64,000 nt of DNA, from NCBI GenBank assembly GCA_001662655.1, contig KV460208.1; one strand, 5' to 3'. The notes under the pieces are model-generated. The model was not told where the DNA came from. It did no database searches and saw only the letters and a list, made by a program, of their open reading frames with translations. Shown in pieces: positions 24,731 through 36,584 of this stretch (positions are counted from its first letter, which is position 1; each line of letters begins with the position of its first letter). Position numbers and translations under genes: made by a program. Source of the DNA: Pseudogymnoascus verrucosus (lineage: Eukaryota).

Positions 24731-25694
24731 GTCGAGGGAATACCAGTACCTGTAGTTGCATGGCGTTTCGGGTGCAAGTCTGTTTTCACTTCACACAAAG
24801 GGTAGTGCATGAGGTTGGATGATGAAATCTGCAGCAGATTATCTCGTGATAAAGTCATGGTATATCTCAGACAGCAATTTTCAGATAAACAAAATATAAA
24901 TAACCAATTTTATCAAGGATTAAGAATGTTCCCTCGTTTTGTGTGATTCTACAAGTGGTGGTTCACGTGGGACTCGTTCGTGTCTTCTCTTTGTAAGATG
25001 TTACATGAGCCTCCTTCGTCATTTCCTCTCTCTCATCGTGCCTTCTTCGCGCCTTCCATGAAGGAGAAGCCGACTAATTCGCTCCTTCCCATCATACCCG
25101 AGCCTCCTTCGTGCCTTCCTCCATGCCATGCTATCCACCCATTGTGCCTTCCATCCAGGAGAAGGCTGACAAATCCGCCCTTTCCTATGTTGGAATATAG
25201 GAATATAGGAAGGAGCAGGTTTGTCAGCTTCCCCCTCGTCCTTTCCTTTCATGAGAGAGTTGACTACTTCGCTCCTTCCTATCTTAACAATATTTTTATT
25301 TCTCTATTTCTCCAATGCACTTGCCTCTCCAACAGACTAGGAAACCGGGGATTATGTGTCGCCAAACCTGGGTGTTTTTAATAGTTCGATGCTCGACGGC
25401 ACTTCACTCATTTGATATACCACGCTCGTCATTATTGGGTACTAGTATCATTACTTCTTGGATATTTTTAGCTGTTAATCATTTGGGTGGGAGACTGATA
25501 CGAACCTGTTGCGGAATCCGTTGTTCATTCATCTCTGTAACCCCCTTTTTTTGCTGGTCCTCAGCCGCTGCATACTACTATTTTAAGAGAAAGGCTTTTG
25601 ATTTCTGAAAGTACCCTACAGACCTCAGCTTCCCTCCTCTAACATATGAACTCTCGCGGTCCATGCAGCCAACCAAGCATCTCAGACCCCCACC

Positions 25695-26866
25695 ATGCCC
25701 CCTCCCCCAAGCTTCCTCTGCACCTTCTGCTGGCTTCCCCAATACCCCCCCATTCACCCCAAAACCCTCGGCACCGAATCTCGCATCTGCTGCCCTCCCT
25801 GCTATGAGCACATCTTGGATCTGGCGATATGCTGGGTTTGCGGTGAGGTGATAGTTAGGACCGAAGAGGCGGTTAGTCTGGGATGGTGCTTTCGGCATCG
25901 CCACTGCTTTGGGCGTTTAATTTGTGGGGAGAAGTTGGCAGTTGGGGATGGGAAGTTGGAGTTGGATGTCGTGCCGGTTTGTGGGGATTGCGAGGAGGGG
26001 AATGAGGGAGTTGGGAGAGAGATTGATAGGAGGGATGGGGGGCTGGGGAAGGCAAGGCGGGAGCGTCTCATAGAGCCAAAGCATGGCTCTGTTTCAAACG
26101 AGACGCTCTCTGGAGTAGCTCAGACACAGGTGGAAGTTGAGGCAGAGTCTCGCGCAAAAACTGGTGCAGCGGCAGAATCAATCAGCTATAACGGGGAACA
26201 TGAATCTCCAGCTTTGCCGCCACCAGTTTATATCACAATCACAGATCCCATAAACGGACCATCTTTTAAGCCAGGCCCCACGAAACCGATCCCACGATGG
26301 ATGAAACAGCTGCCCAATGGAAGGGAGCGCGAGCAAGTTCATCTTCCGGCAACTACATCATCCGCCGCCGCAGAATCCAAGGTTGATATAGTACCCATTG
26401 AAAATGCCAGAGACTTGCTCGTTCCATCTCTGCAACTGTCAGCACCCGAAGAGCAAAGGCTACCGTCAAAAATAACACATGCCTTCACTGCAGCTACCGT
26501 TGTCCCAGAGGCTATTCTCGCATATAATGACCGCCGCATGACAATGAGCACTCCGCCAAAGATGCATCACCAGCGTCCGGAATATGGCGCAAGACCCGGC
26601 ACGCCGCTCTACACTGGTGGAGAAATGGGCGTGGAGTACTTGAGGAGGTGTCACCTGCGAGCCATGGAGAAAGCGAAAGGGTGATGACGGGCAACATTGC
26701 CCTGGAGAGAGTCAGAGAACTTGGGTCTGTGAAGCAGATTGTGAGCCGCGTGAAAAGCATCCAGATGGAAGTGGTGAGCGAAGAGGGGGGTGAAGGCGAT
26801 GAGCAACGGTGGGGGGGGAAGGAGATGCTGAGGAAAGAACTCAACGGGTTATTTAAACAAAGATAG
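25695..26866 (+). CDS. LIM-type zinc-binding protein, possibly degenerate or frameshifted
   Basis: CTFC, CCPPC and CWVCGE...SLGWCFRHRHCFGRLICG...CGDC. The ORF stops at 26684, but an overlapping frame continues to ...LRKELNGLFKQR at 26866. Confidence 0.55.
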
Positions 26867-27147
26867 AGCCGGGCTCGATGGGGATTGACCAAAGGCTTTT
26901 CTAGACTGAACAATAGCATCGATTCATTGATTCATTGGAGATAACAGGCGCCCACTAATTAAACGATTGGTAGCAACAAAAACAGCAAGTCCTTTTCACC
27001 CCCATCTAGAGCAATCGCCGAGAGATAGAATCTCAAAAACTATAAGCATCCGAATTCCAGCGTCGCTTTTTAAAATCTTCGATCTAGTCTACTACCGTTC
27101 TACCCCGCTCTTTCGTATCAACACGCCACGCTCCTTTTTTCATCCCT

Positions 27148-28508
27148 TCAAGCCGACTCCTTCAACACCTTCTCGAGCTCCTTTGCGACGGCATCTCCGA
27201 CCTCGGTGGTGCTGTTCGAGCCACCAATGTCCTTCGTGCGGACGCCGGCGTCGATGGTGCGGCGGACGGCCTCCTCGATGGCGCGCGCCTCGGCGGGGAG
27301 GTTGAGGGAGTAGAGGAGCATGAGGGCGACGGAGAGGATCGTGCCGATTGGGTTTACGATGCCCTTTCCAGAGATGTCGGGTGCGGACCCTGGGGGTGGA
27401 TGTTAGTTCCTACTTCTCGGGGTCCACGATAAAACAAAATGGGGTGCAGGGGTGCATACCGTGAATAGGCTCGTAGATACCATTGCAGCGCGAGCCATCT
27501 GGGATACCGCTCAACGACGCAGAAGGGAGAAGACCGATGGAACCGGGAATAACGGACGCCTCGTCGGAGATGATGTCACCGAAGAGGTTGCTGGTGACGA
27601 CGATACCGTTGAGCGCGCGCGGGTTCTTAACCATCAACATAGCTGCCGAGTCGATGAGGTGGTGTCCGAGCTTGAGCTGCGGGAACTCCTTCTCCATCAC
27701 CTCCGTCACAACCTTACGCCACAACCGCGACGAGGCGAGAACATTCGCCTTGTCGAGCGACCACACCGGCAAGGGGGGGTTGGACTGCATAGCCAAGTGT
27801 CCCGCGAGGCGGGTAACACGCTCAACCTCCGCGCGAGAGTAGAGTTCAGTATCCCACGCAACTCCATCACCAGTATCCTCCTTCCTCTCCCCAAAGTAGA
27901 GACCACCCGTCAGCTCACGGATGATGTTGAAGTCGGTGCCACGGCAGACCTCAGCCTTGAGAGGGGAGATCTCGACGAGCGAGTCGGAGGCGAAGTTGCA
28001 GGGGCGAAGGTTGCCGTAGGTTTGCATCTCCTTGCGGAGTTGGAGGATACCTTGCTCGGGGCGGACGGTTCCGGTGCCCCATTTGGGACCGCCGATGGCG
28101 CCGAGGAGGACGGCGTCGGCGGCTTTGGCGGCGGAGAGGGCTTCGGCTGTGAGGGCGGTGCCGTGGGCGTCGATGGAGCACTAGGGGAGGGGGTTAGTGG
28201 GTGTCTGAAAGGGAGTGTGGTGGGGAAGGGGGTGGGATTCTTACGCCGCCGAGGAGGTGCTCCTGGAAGTTGAAGTGGCCGACGCTTGGGCGAACTGCCT
28301 CAACTACCTTGAGGATCTGTGGGGATTCAGTTAGAATGTATTCGTGTGAGATTGAGCTTCGTCGGTGTTCACCTTAATTCCTTCGGCGACAACCTATAAA
28401 TATCAGCATTACACCTCACAAGCGGGGTCATGCCCTGTCGGCCTGCCGAAAACTCACATCTGGACCACAGTGGTCACCTCCGAAAACGACGATATTGTGC
28501 GTAGCCAT
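27148..28508 (-). CDS. LEU2: 3-isopropylmalate dehydrogenase (leucine biosynthesis), multi-exon
   Basis: [16 protein letters not shown] start, [62 protein letters not shown] and NPIGTILS. Several short GT-AG introns. Stop TGA at 27150-27148. Confidence 0.97.
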
Positions 28509-28656
28509 TGTGATTATAGGGAGACTGTGGGAGAGAAAAACGAAAGTGCTGGAGCTGTTGAACGGGGATGCGGGCGTGGTTTTGTTAAGGAGGGGTCATA
28601 ATTCACATATCCGAAATCCCACGCGCTTTCGCTGCTGTGCTTCGCTTCCCCGCGCT

Positions 28657-28685
28657 CCGGTGTCGGATCGGGGAAAGCTTGACTC
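28657..28685. promoter_or_regulatory. Leu3/LeuB-type site CCG-N4-CGG plus adjacent Gcn4/CpcA core TGACTC upstream of LEU2
   Basis: CCGGTGTCGG at 28657-28666 and TGACTC at 28680-28685, about 150-180 bp upstream of the LEU2 ATG. Confidence 0.65.
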
Positions 28686-31111
28686 GGCACTAGTGGCTGA
28701 GATGGCTTAGTGCCATCTCGGGACGGGAAGGCTCGGTACATAAGCTCCGAAGAACGGTCATTTGGGTCACGTGCAAGGAATATTTGGGAGGGAGGATATG
28801 TTGTGGTCTTTAAATAGACAATATATGGTTATATGGTATTGATAATGGCCTGTTGTGATATTGAACTGTTGGAACCCCCCTTACTTTTTTGTTCTATTGC
28901 ACGGGAGGCAAGGTGACATTTTGGAAATGTGACCGTCATAAATATTTTGCCCGTTGCCGTAATAAAAAGCCGAATTTTGTGAATTGTCCGGCGAATAGAC
29001 CGTTTTGGGCCCATCTGGGCAGTCCCAACAATCATCTGATGTTTAAACACCCCAGGTGTCTGTGCAGTACGAAAGGAGGAACAATGAATCCTCTTTGAGA
29101 CTCTGGAGAAATCGAGGCAAAACGGCGAAACAGCAACTTGCAACGTCGTCTGGACTTTTCTGTGCCGTGGATGATCCCGCCGGTGATCCATAGAGGTCTA
29201 ACTAAGAGTCTTAGTTACTGGAACTGGTTACTTTACTCCACAAAGTTCGTGACCCGCAACGCAAAATCTTTACTCGGAGAGGGGTTACAGTCCCAGTAGG
29301 AGGTTTTAGGTATGAGGTTTTACACAGTAGTAACTCATTGTGGAAAAGAGACGATTCCCTCTTGAGGATACTGTGCAGTACTTTCCCCAAGTCATATGTT
29401 CCATGACCCCAATCCAGCTCCATCTTGCATCCTTGGTGGAGTTCATCTTACCAGACGTGCAGCACACCATGTGGGCCTAACGACGCAGGTACGAGAAAAT
29501 CAACGAGCAGCCTGAGACTTGCAACGGCAACGGCGGCTCTGAATAAGAAACAGTTCGGTGTTCGGTCTAATACTGGCACTGCGTATGGTACATAATTGTA
29601 TTATTGCGACAAGAGCAGGGCAAGACATTTAAACTGACGGCTGTCTTACAGATTATATAGTATTTGTCGATTGTTTAACTAGCAAAAAGCGACCACAGCA
29701 TCGCAGGTGACAAGAGAGTTGACAATGCAGCGGTACGACATTTCGGCACAGCAGATCAGCGCTCTGTTATGCGTCGTCAGACTGGACTCCAGTCCCAATC
29801 CCAGTCCTAGTCACTGGAGGCAATTAGTCGGGGAAGCCGTCCCCACCCCATCTTATGCATGTCAAGAGTGATCGTGTAGGGCTGTTGCATCATCACTAAC
29901 CAACGAGGTAGATGAGGCGCAGGATCAACAGCGAACGGCGACGATCAACCTTTTCTATTTCGATGCTCCACGCCCTCATACGACTCGTTCTCGAACTGGT
30001 TTTCTGGTTAGAGCAACAGCGTCGTAGTTTCGGAGTTAAATGGAAGATAAAAATACGGATGGGCATAAAAGTGGGAAGCTACCGTCTAGCCCATGCTATG
30101 CAGCTCAACCAGACCGTACCACTTTTGCCCAGTTAGTCGCTCCGGCTAGGCTGGTGGCTTGGCTAGAGCGATGACTTGGTCCTATCAACCCAGTCTGTCA
30201 TCGCTCGCCAATCCCAAGATAATCATCATTTCAGGCACACAACCACACTTTGGCCTGGCCTGTCCTGGCTTGTCCTGTCTTATCTATAGGACCTGTCCGT
30301 TATACACCCTATACCCTATATTCAACCTGCTAACCCTCGGGCCCGACCACAACTCCCCAGATGTTCTCCTGGCATCGAGGCTTGCTAGTTTTATCGCCGG
30401 CTTCCTGAACTTCCTGACCTTCCTGACCTTTCTAATCTCCCAAGTGACGCATGTCTCTAACCGCACGGCAAACCGATAATAATCTAGGAACTTACGGAGT
30501 AGCGTGCCCACTTGCTTCCACAACTCCGTGCACCCCAGCAGGCATCCGCTCCACTTTCTCCATCGGCCAAGGATTACGGACTTATTGTACACATGAGCTT
30601 ACTTGCAGCTGCTGAGCACCTCGACGCCATTTGTTGGATATCTTCAGCCCGGACGTCCTCTTCCTGTGCCTGCCTTGAATTGTTCATTTGTGTCGAGGAG
30701 TATCACCGCAATTGAACGAGCTTTGGTCATCGAGGAGACTCTGTTGCTGCTGAGTATCTGGGTGCATAATTTGTATGGCTTATAGTTCCAATCCCACCTC
30801 TGTCCCTACTCGTGCCTAGGCTAACCATGAGACTATCCACAGCACGGCACTTTCTCCAATTCTCTCCGTCCCACTCCCAGCCGGCGATGCTGCCTACGAA
30901 CCGAGTTGCCATATAAAACCGAACCTCTCTTGCTGTATCAACAGTCAAGTTGCTGCCACAGCTCACACTGCTCGACCTCTTTATATACTTGGTCCTCGAG
31001 GCATAATTCTGGGCAGTGTGAAGCGTTGTCAGGGCGGGGTGCACTGTGTATGTGGAGACAAGAAGAGGTTTAGCCTGTACCGCTCTATATGGTCAGCAGT
31101 AGACCACTGCT

Positions 31112-33352
31112 ATGAATTGGGAACCACAAACACAGAGGTTGGTGGCTCTGACGCTCATGGGACCCCGAGAGAGTACTTGATTGCTAACCAAGAATAGCTT
31201 TGGCGACCCGAATGCCCAGACCCCGACCCCTCAACAGACCCCGACTTCAGCTGCCTTTCGAGAGAGTGCTTTGGGAACACCGCAGGGAAATATAAACGCA
31301 TTCGACACCCAGTCTGGTTGGACACCAACATTTGCCGAAGACTATACTGTCTTCAATGCAACTCCTGGCCGCCTCACAAATACACAAAGCACATTTGAGC
31401 CTTTTTCACCTGGTAACCTCAGACTGGGGTCCTCAGCTCACGAGGGAGGGTTTGAGAATTCAGACACGAAGACGCCAAACAGACCAAACCAGCGTCTCCG
31501 CGAACCACTTAGTGGTCAGACGGCAACGCCACCGCGGTCTACTGTCAAAGACTTGAAGAAGGAGAGACGTAGGATAGAGGAGTTAAATATGCAACATGAT
31601 GAAGGGTCCTTTCTTCAATCGGGGATTATGGGCCAGGATGACTTTCTCGACTTTACTCAATCCTCAGGGGATATGTTTTCTTATCCCATGACTGCCCCTG
31701 TACCAGTTCCTGCGTACCTGAACGACGACAAGTCGTTCTGGGACCCTGATAGTAGCATGGCAGATGTCTCTATGGACTTTATGGCCGAAGAGTCTTCATT
31801 CTATGGAACATCGCAACGAGTAGGCTCTACAGAAGACTGGTCTCAAAGTCATCAAGCGTCCCAAGACTCCCTGGGCACTGCTCCTCTTCAACAACACGGA
31901 TCACAACCACTTAGGCGGCACCGGCCATTAATGGCCAAACCCCCCGCCCCAAGCAGCGCAGCCCAGAGCTTGTCTAATACTGCCTTCGATTTCAGCATAT
32001 CGTCCATGCCACAAGACCCCTTTGGGGGCGATGCTTCCAGTGGTGTTAATCCAGGTCTTATTTTCAGCTATCCAGAAGTAACATCACCACTTCACATCGA
32101 CCAGAGCAATAGCAGACCTGTCCCTCAACGGTCACGGTCGGCTGCCGGACTGACTATGCAAGAACCATATGAACACCAGTACCGAGCGTCTCTACGAGAA
32201 AAACCAGAACCACGGAGATCGCGATCTTTGAAGGAAAACATACCAGATCTGTCACATGGCGTGGCTCGCTTTGGCTCTCCTGTAGAAGGAAACCGCCCCG
32301 GTCCTCGTCGCTCTTCTAGTGATAGTCGTCCGAAGAAGCGTGTGACTTCTCACGAGAACCAGCCACCACCGAATTTTGCAGGAAAGGGTGTGTATAGTTC
32401 TGGCAGACAGTCACCCACAAAACAAGCCAGCCGAATGAACCTTGCATCTATACCGGAAGCAGCTGGGCTCAACCCGCGGACTGCTGTGACTTTCAGTATT
32501 GACGCAAATGGCCGAGCACGGACCGAAACAACTATAGTGGTAGATGATAGCAGGTCTTCTCGAAGAATAAATTCACGGGCCTCGAGTGATGGCTGGGAGT
32601 CCCCTCAATCCGGCTCATCAACAGATGAAGATCCCATCATGATACCGAGCAGGAACGCCTCTTTCAGCATTCCTAACAAGCGGAGTATGCCCAAGATGGC
32701 CCACTTCGACACATCGAGACAGAGTCGGTCGCGAAAGTCAGGATCTGCCAATTCGTCCTCGCATGGAGACCCGGATAGTGACTCCGAGACGGTAATAGAC
32801 GGCGGGAAATCTGGAGATGCCGCCAGTGCTCTCCGAAAAGCCATGGGAAGCCGCCGGAGAAGCGTTAGCAACATGGCAGGCACACAACTACATGCAGCAT
32901 CCCGCGCCTCGACACGTCAGGTTTTGGGTTCACAAGGCCAGTATCAGCGCCAATCATATGCTTACCAGCCATCGTCATCGAATGCTTCACCAACAACCAT
33001 CAGTGATCCAGATGGAGAGACCCCTTCCACAGACCTCGGAAGTACCGGGAGCGATACCACTAGATGTGTGTGCAGCAGTCGCGATGGCGATGAATATATG
33101 ATCCAATGGTAAGGTGCTAATCTGACATAACCCAAACTGCGTAACTAACTCCTCCGCAGCGAGTCTTGCGAGAAATGGCTCCACTGCAACTGTGTCAATG
33201 TTCACCCACAGCGCCTCCCCAAGGTCTATATTTGTGCTTTCTGTGTGCAGACTCCCAACATGCGTGGTCCCCGTGTTCAAGGCGCCGTTAGGGCTAGTAC
33301 TAAGTCGGCTGCCTCGCCGCTTGCGCATAAATCGTTTGAATCTTGGCGGTGA
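31112..33352 (+). CDS. PHD-finger protein with long low-complexity N-terminal region, 3 exons
   Basis: MNWEPQTQS/FGDPNAQTPTPQQTPTS start. C-terminal TRCVC...MIQ/CESCEKWLHCNCV...VYICAFC (C4HC3) followed by SPLAHKSF. Introns ~31138-31197 and ~33109-33159. Confidence 0.85.
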
Positions 33353-33829
33353 TTTCGATCTTCTCTATTGCGAGCGAAGTAGCATGCAAAGCATATGTGT
33401 GTGCTAAGATGTATTTCTTTTGTCAGCGTACGATACCCTTCCCACGACTTTATTTATTATTCTTGTAGAAAGCATAGCAAAGCATTGTTTATTTTAGCAT
33501 CATGGCTGGAACGAAGAATTTATACGAGTATTTAGGCGGCTTTTTGGACTTTTTGGAGGAGAGAATGAATATAGCGAGATATCATGAGGAAGGACAATGT
33601 CATCTACATCTAGGAATAGGATAGACATATGAAATATATAAATAAGACTAGATTTATACCAGGGTTCGAGTTATTACGCTATTGCTTTGAGTGTTTCAAT
33701 AGGACGGCCTTCCAACGTCATAAAGAAAGCAAAATACACATCATTTTGCGGACGAAGATAATCTGAATCTGACGGAAAATAATATTTAATCCTGAACTTG
33801 CCGGTGGTATATGCCCCTCTCAATTTAGT

Positions 33830-35518
33830 CTACTCCCATTCAAGAAGAATAGTATCCCACATAGCACCCTTCCACTTCTCAGTAGTCGTAGTGGTAAACT
33901 TGATCGAGTTGGAACATTTCTTGGGCGTGCCCGGCTTAATAGTATACTCCAGAAAACGCCAAACCCCTGCCACAGTAGAAGAGCGATATAGGGCACTATC
34001 GGATGCCATGCTCCGGATATGCCCAATCACAACACCATTAGCCATGATATCCATATAGCATCTAGCAGCATAGGCCGCAAGGGATACAGTGAGGCGAGCA
34101 CTGGCACCCACCACCGGTTCGTTATTCAGTTTAAAGTTGATAGCCCACGCCCCGTTGTTGCTAAGGACATAGTGCCAGTATTCTGCCTTAGAGCTGCCGA
34201 TGGTGTACGTTAAATCCGCAGGTGCATCATCGGTGAGGGCATGGCCGTACGGACCACAACCACCAGCGAACTCGCAGGGCAGACGATCGAGGGTTCCAAT
34301 CTGCCATATCTTTGTACGATTCTGGACCTCCCACGTGTAAGTTCCAAGGTCTATTTTGTCTTTCTTGGTAATCGCAATATCGAAATGGGTGAAGTTGGTA
34401 GTGATATCACCCAGAGACGATCCCTCGCCTGGCCAGGCGAATAGCCCGTATTCACCTGTTCGTACGTTGTCGAAAGTGAAATACCCCTTCGAGTCGGTGG
34501 TGGTGCGGTAGTGGTACCCTGCGTACTGGTTGAGAGTGAATTCATCATCATTGTTATCCCCTAGAAACACACTGAGTGTGTCACCAGCGCGACTATCAGA
34601 GGTGATAATTCGACCGGTGACAGACCCAGCACGGCTCTGATACTCCGCAGAGATATCAGCATTGGGAAACGCGTACGGCCACGCGGAAATCTCCTTCTCA
34701 GTTCTGGACTCCGCATCGGACAGGCTTCCGTCGTTGAGATACCAGAGCCATGGTTCTGTCAACACCTAACTGGTAATGACCACCGCCGATCATGTTCAGC
34801 AGCGCAGTATCGCCAGTCTGGGCTTCCATGTGGACAGTTAGTTCCTGCTTTAGTTGGTCGCCATTGAGGTATTCCTGGGAAGGTTGGATGAACCAGCACC
34901 CGACGTCGTCGCCGTAGACGCCCCAGAGCTTTGCTTCGGGGATGTTTATATGGGTTGCCCAGTCATACTTGCTTACGTATGTCCCGTCCGAGAACTGAAC
35001 GGTTGAGTCCTGGACTTCGGTGCCGGAGTAATAGAGGTCCCAGGTGGGAAGTTTGCCGTCCTTACGGTAGGTATGCCCACTGTGAAAGTCTCGTTGCTGA
35101 GCCGGTGGATGACGCGCAAATCGTTCATGCCTCAAGGGAGGCCCACGTTGCTCCAGTACTGGTATGCGCCGGCGAAGCCACGGTGAATGACCCAATGGAA
35201 GCGGGCAATGTCGTTGGTAAACTGGACATCTATCCAGTCGTTTCCAGCGTCTACAATCTCTGGGGCGAGCCAAGGGAATCCGTTGTTGTTTACGTAGGAG
35301 AGATAGAAGCCGGTGGCATCGTCGACTATGTCTTTGCCGTTATAATAAATTGGGCGGGCATAACTTCCTGACAATGTGGCGTCCCAGACTGAGTTGCCGA
35401 TGATACAGGTTTTGTCGTTGACGATTTTGTGGAATGGAGCATCCGAGCCAGTTGGGAGATCGATTGAAAAAACCGGCACGGCACCCAAGAGGGCAATCAG
35501 CATGGAAGAAGCTCTCAT
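33830..35518 (-). pseudogene. Polysaccharide lyase family 4 (rhamnogalacturonan endolyase) pseudogene
   Basis: Signal peptide MRASSMLIALLGAVPVFS and PL4 motifs (FHWVIHRGFAGAYQY, VQDST...DGTYVSKYDWA, EYLNGDQLKQELTVH, PWLWYLNDGS, WPYAF, IWQIG, WDTILLEW). It has an in-frame TGA at 35134-35132, a frameshift near 35085, and a frameshift/deletion near 34765. Confidence 0.85.
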
Positions 35519-35743
35519 GGTTGTTGGATTTCCTCAGTCTGTTGAGAGCAGGAGTTGTGCTGCTGAGGGACTTAATAGCAGCCCTTGATACCCGTTCTTA
35601 TACTCCATCTTTGTCACCCACGCCAGTTCTCACTTTTCATGTCTTACGATCATCGTTTTGCAAAAAAGCGCCTTTGCCGATGCTGTTCCCCCATATTCTT
35701 CGACCTGCGACATACTTTACATGGAATCAACGGCGCGACCATC

Positions 35744-35791
35744 TTCCCCGCAAAATTACCCCTGGGGACCGCGTGCTATTCCCCGCAAAAT
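35744..35791. promoter_or_regulatory. Paired CreA/Mig1-type sites (SYGGRG) as a 13-bp direct repeat TTCCCCGCAAAAT
   Basis: Copies at 35744-35756 and 35779-35791, 230-270 bp upstream of the PL4 ATG. Confidence 0.55.
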
Positions 35792-36584
35792 GGTCCCTTA
35801 GACCGGCATGTTTGCAATGCCATATGACTGCCGCTCTGGAAATCGGAGAATTTGTAGAGACGGCCGAAGATATACCGACTGCATTGTTGACCAGAAGGAG
35901 GCACGTGCTCTTAATGGGCCTATATGGAGAAATAGATTCAATTAACCGTCGGGAAATAGGCAACCCTGGTATTCTCGAGTGTTCACAAGCTAGGGCGAGA
36001 TATGGTTAGTTGAAAGTCGAGGGTTTGTATCATATGACTGGATCAGTGGGAAAAGATATGGAGAGAGGGAATGGATGGACTTGCGATTGTGTCGAGGAGA
36101 GCTCACTCCAAGGAGTTTACTTCTAGTCAACTAAGGGGTTACTTGTCACATACGACCATAGACTCACGAGAATTGGGCATCCCGTCCGCTATGCCATACA
36201 CAAGCTTGTAATTCATGGCTTAATACTCTCAACCATGCCAGTAGGCACAGCTTAGAATCTAAATCCCTTGGTGCCTCGAGGGTAAAATTCCAGCCTCTTG
36301 CGAGATGGTTTTGGTCACGTGGCGGCAGCGATCCGATTGGAGGCCAGTACTGCAAGACGGTCCCACATTCTTCCCCATTCCCCGCAACCGTACTCCCTGT
36401 TGTTGCACAAACTGTAACAACAGGGAGTACGGTCCCCGACTTCAAATATTGTGGGGAAGCTTTCGCCTTCTGACCGTTTGATCTGTTTTGAGTATTTGCC
36501 AATAGTACCATAGACGATACAGGATGAACTCGGCTATTAGCCTTTACAGATTATTCCCAAGGACAGCGTTTAATAAAACCAATA

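Noticed and set aside
28829..31044. Short ORFs and a 3x9-bp TTCCTGAMC repeat (~30402-30430) in the LEU2-PHD intergenic region
   Set aside because: No recognisable protein or RNA motif, and the repeat is explained by simple slippage.
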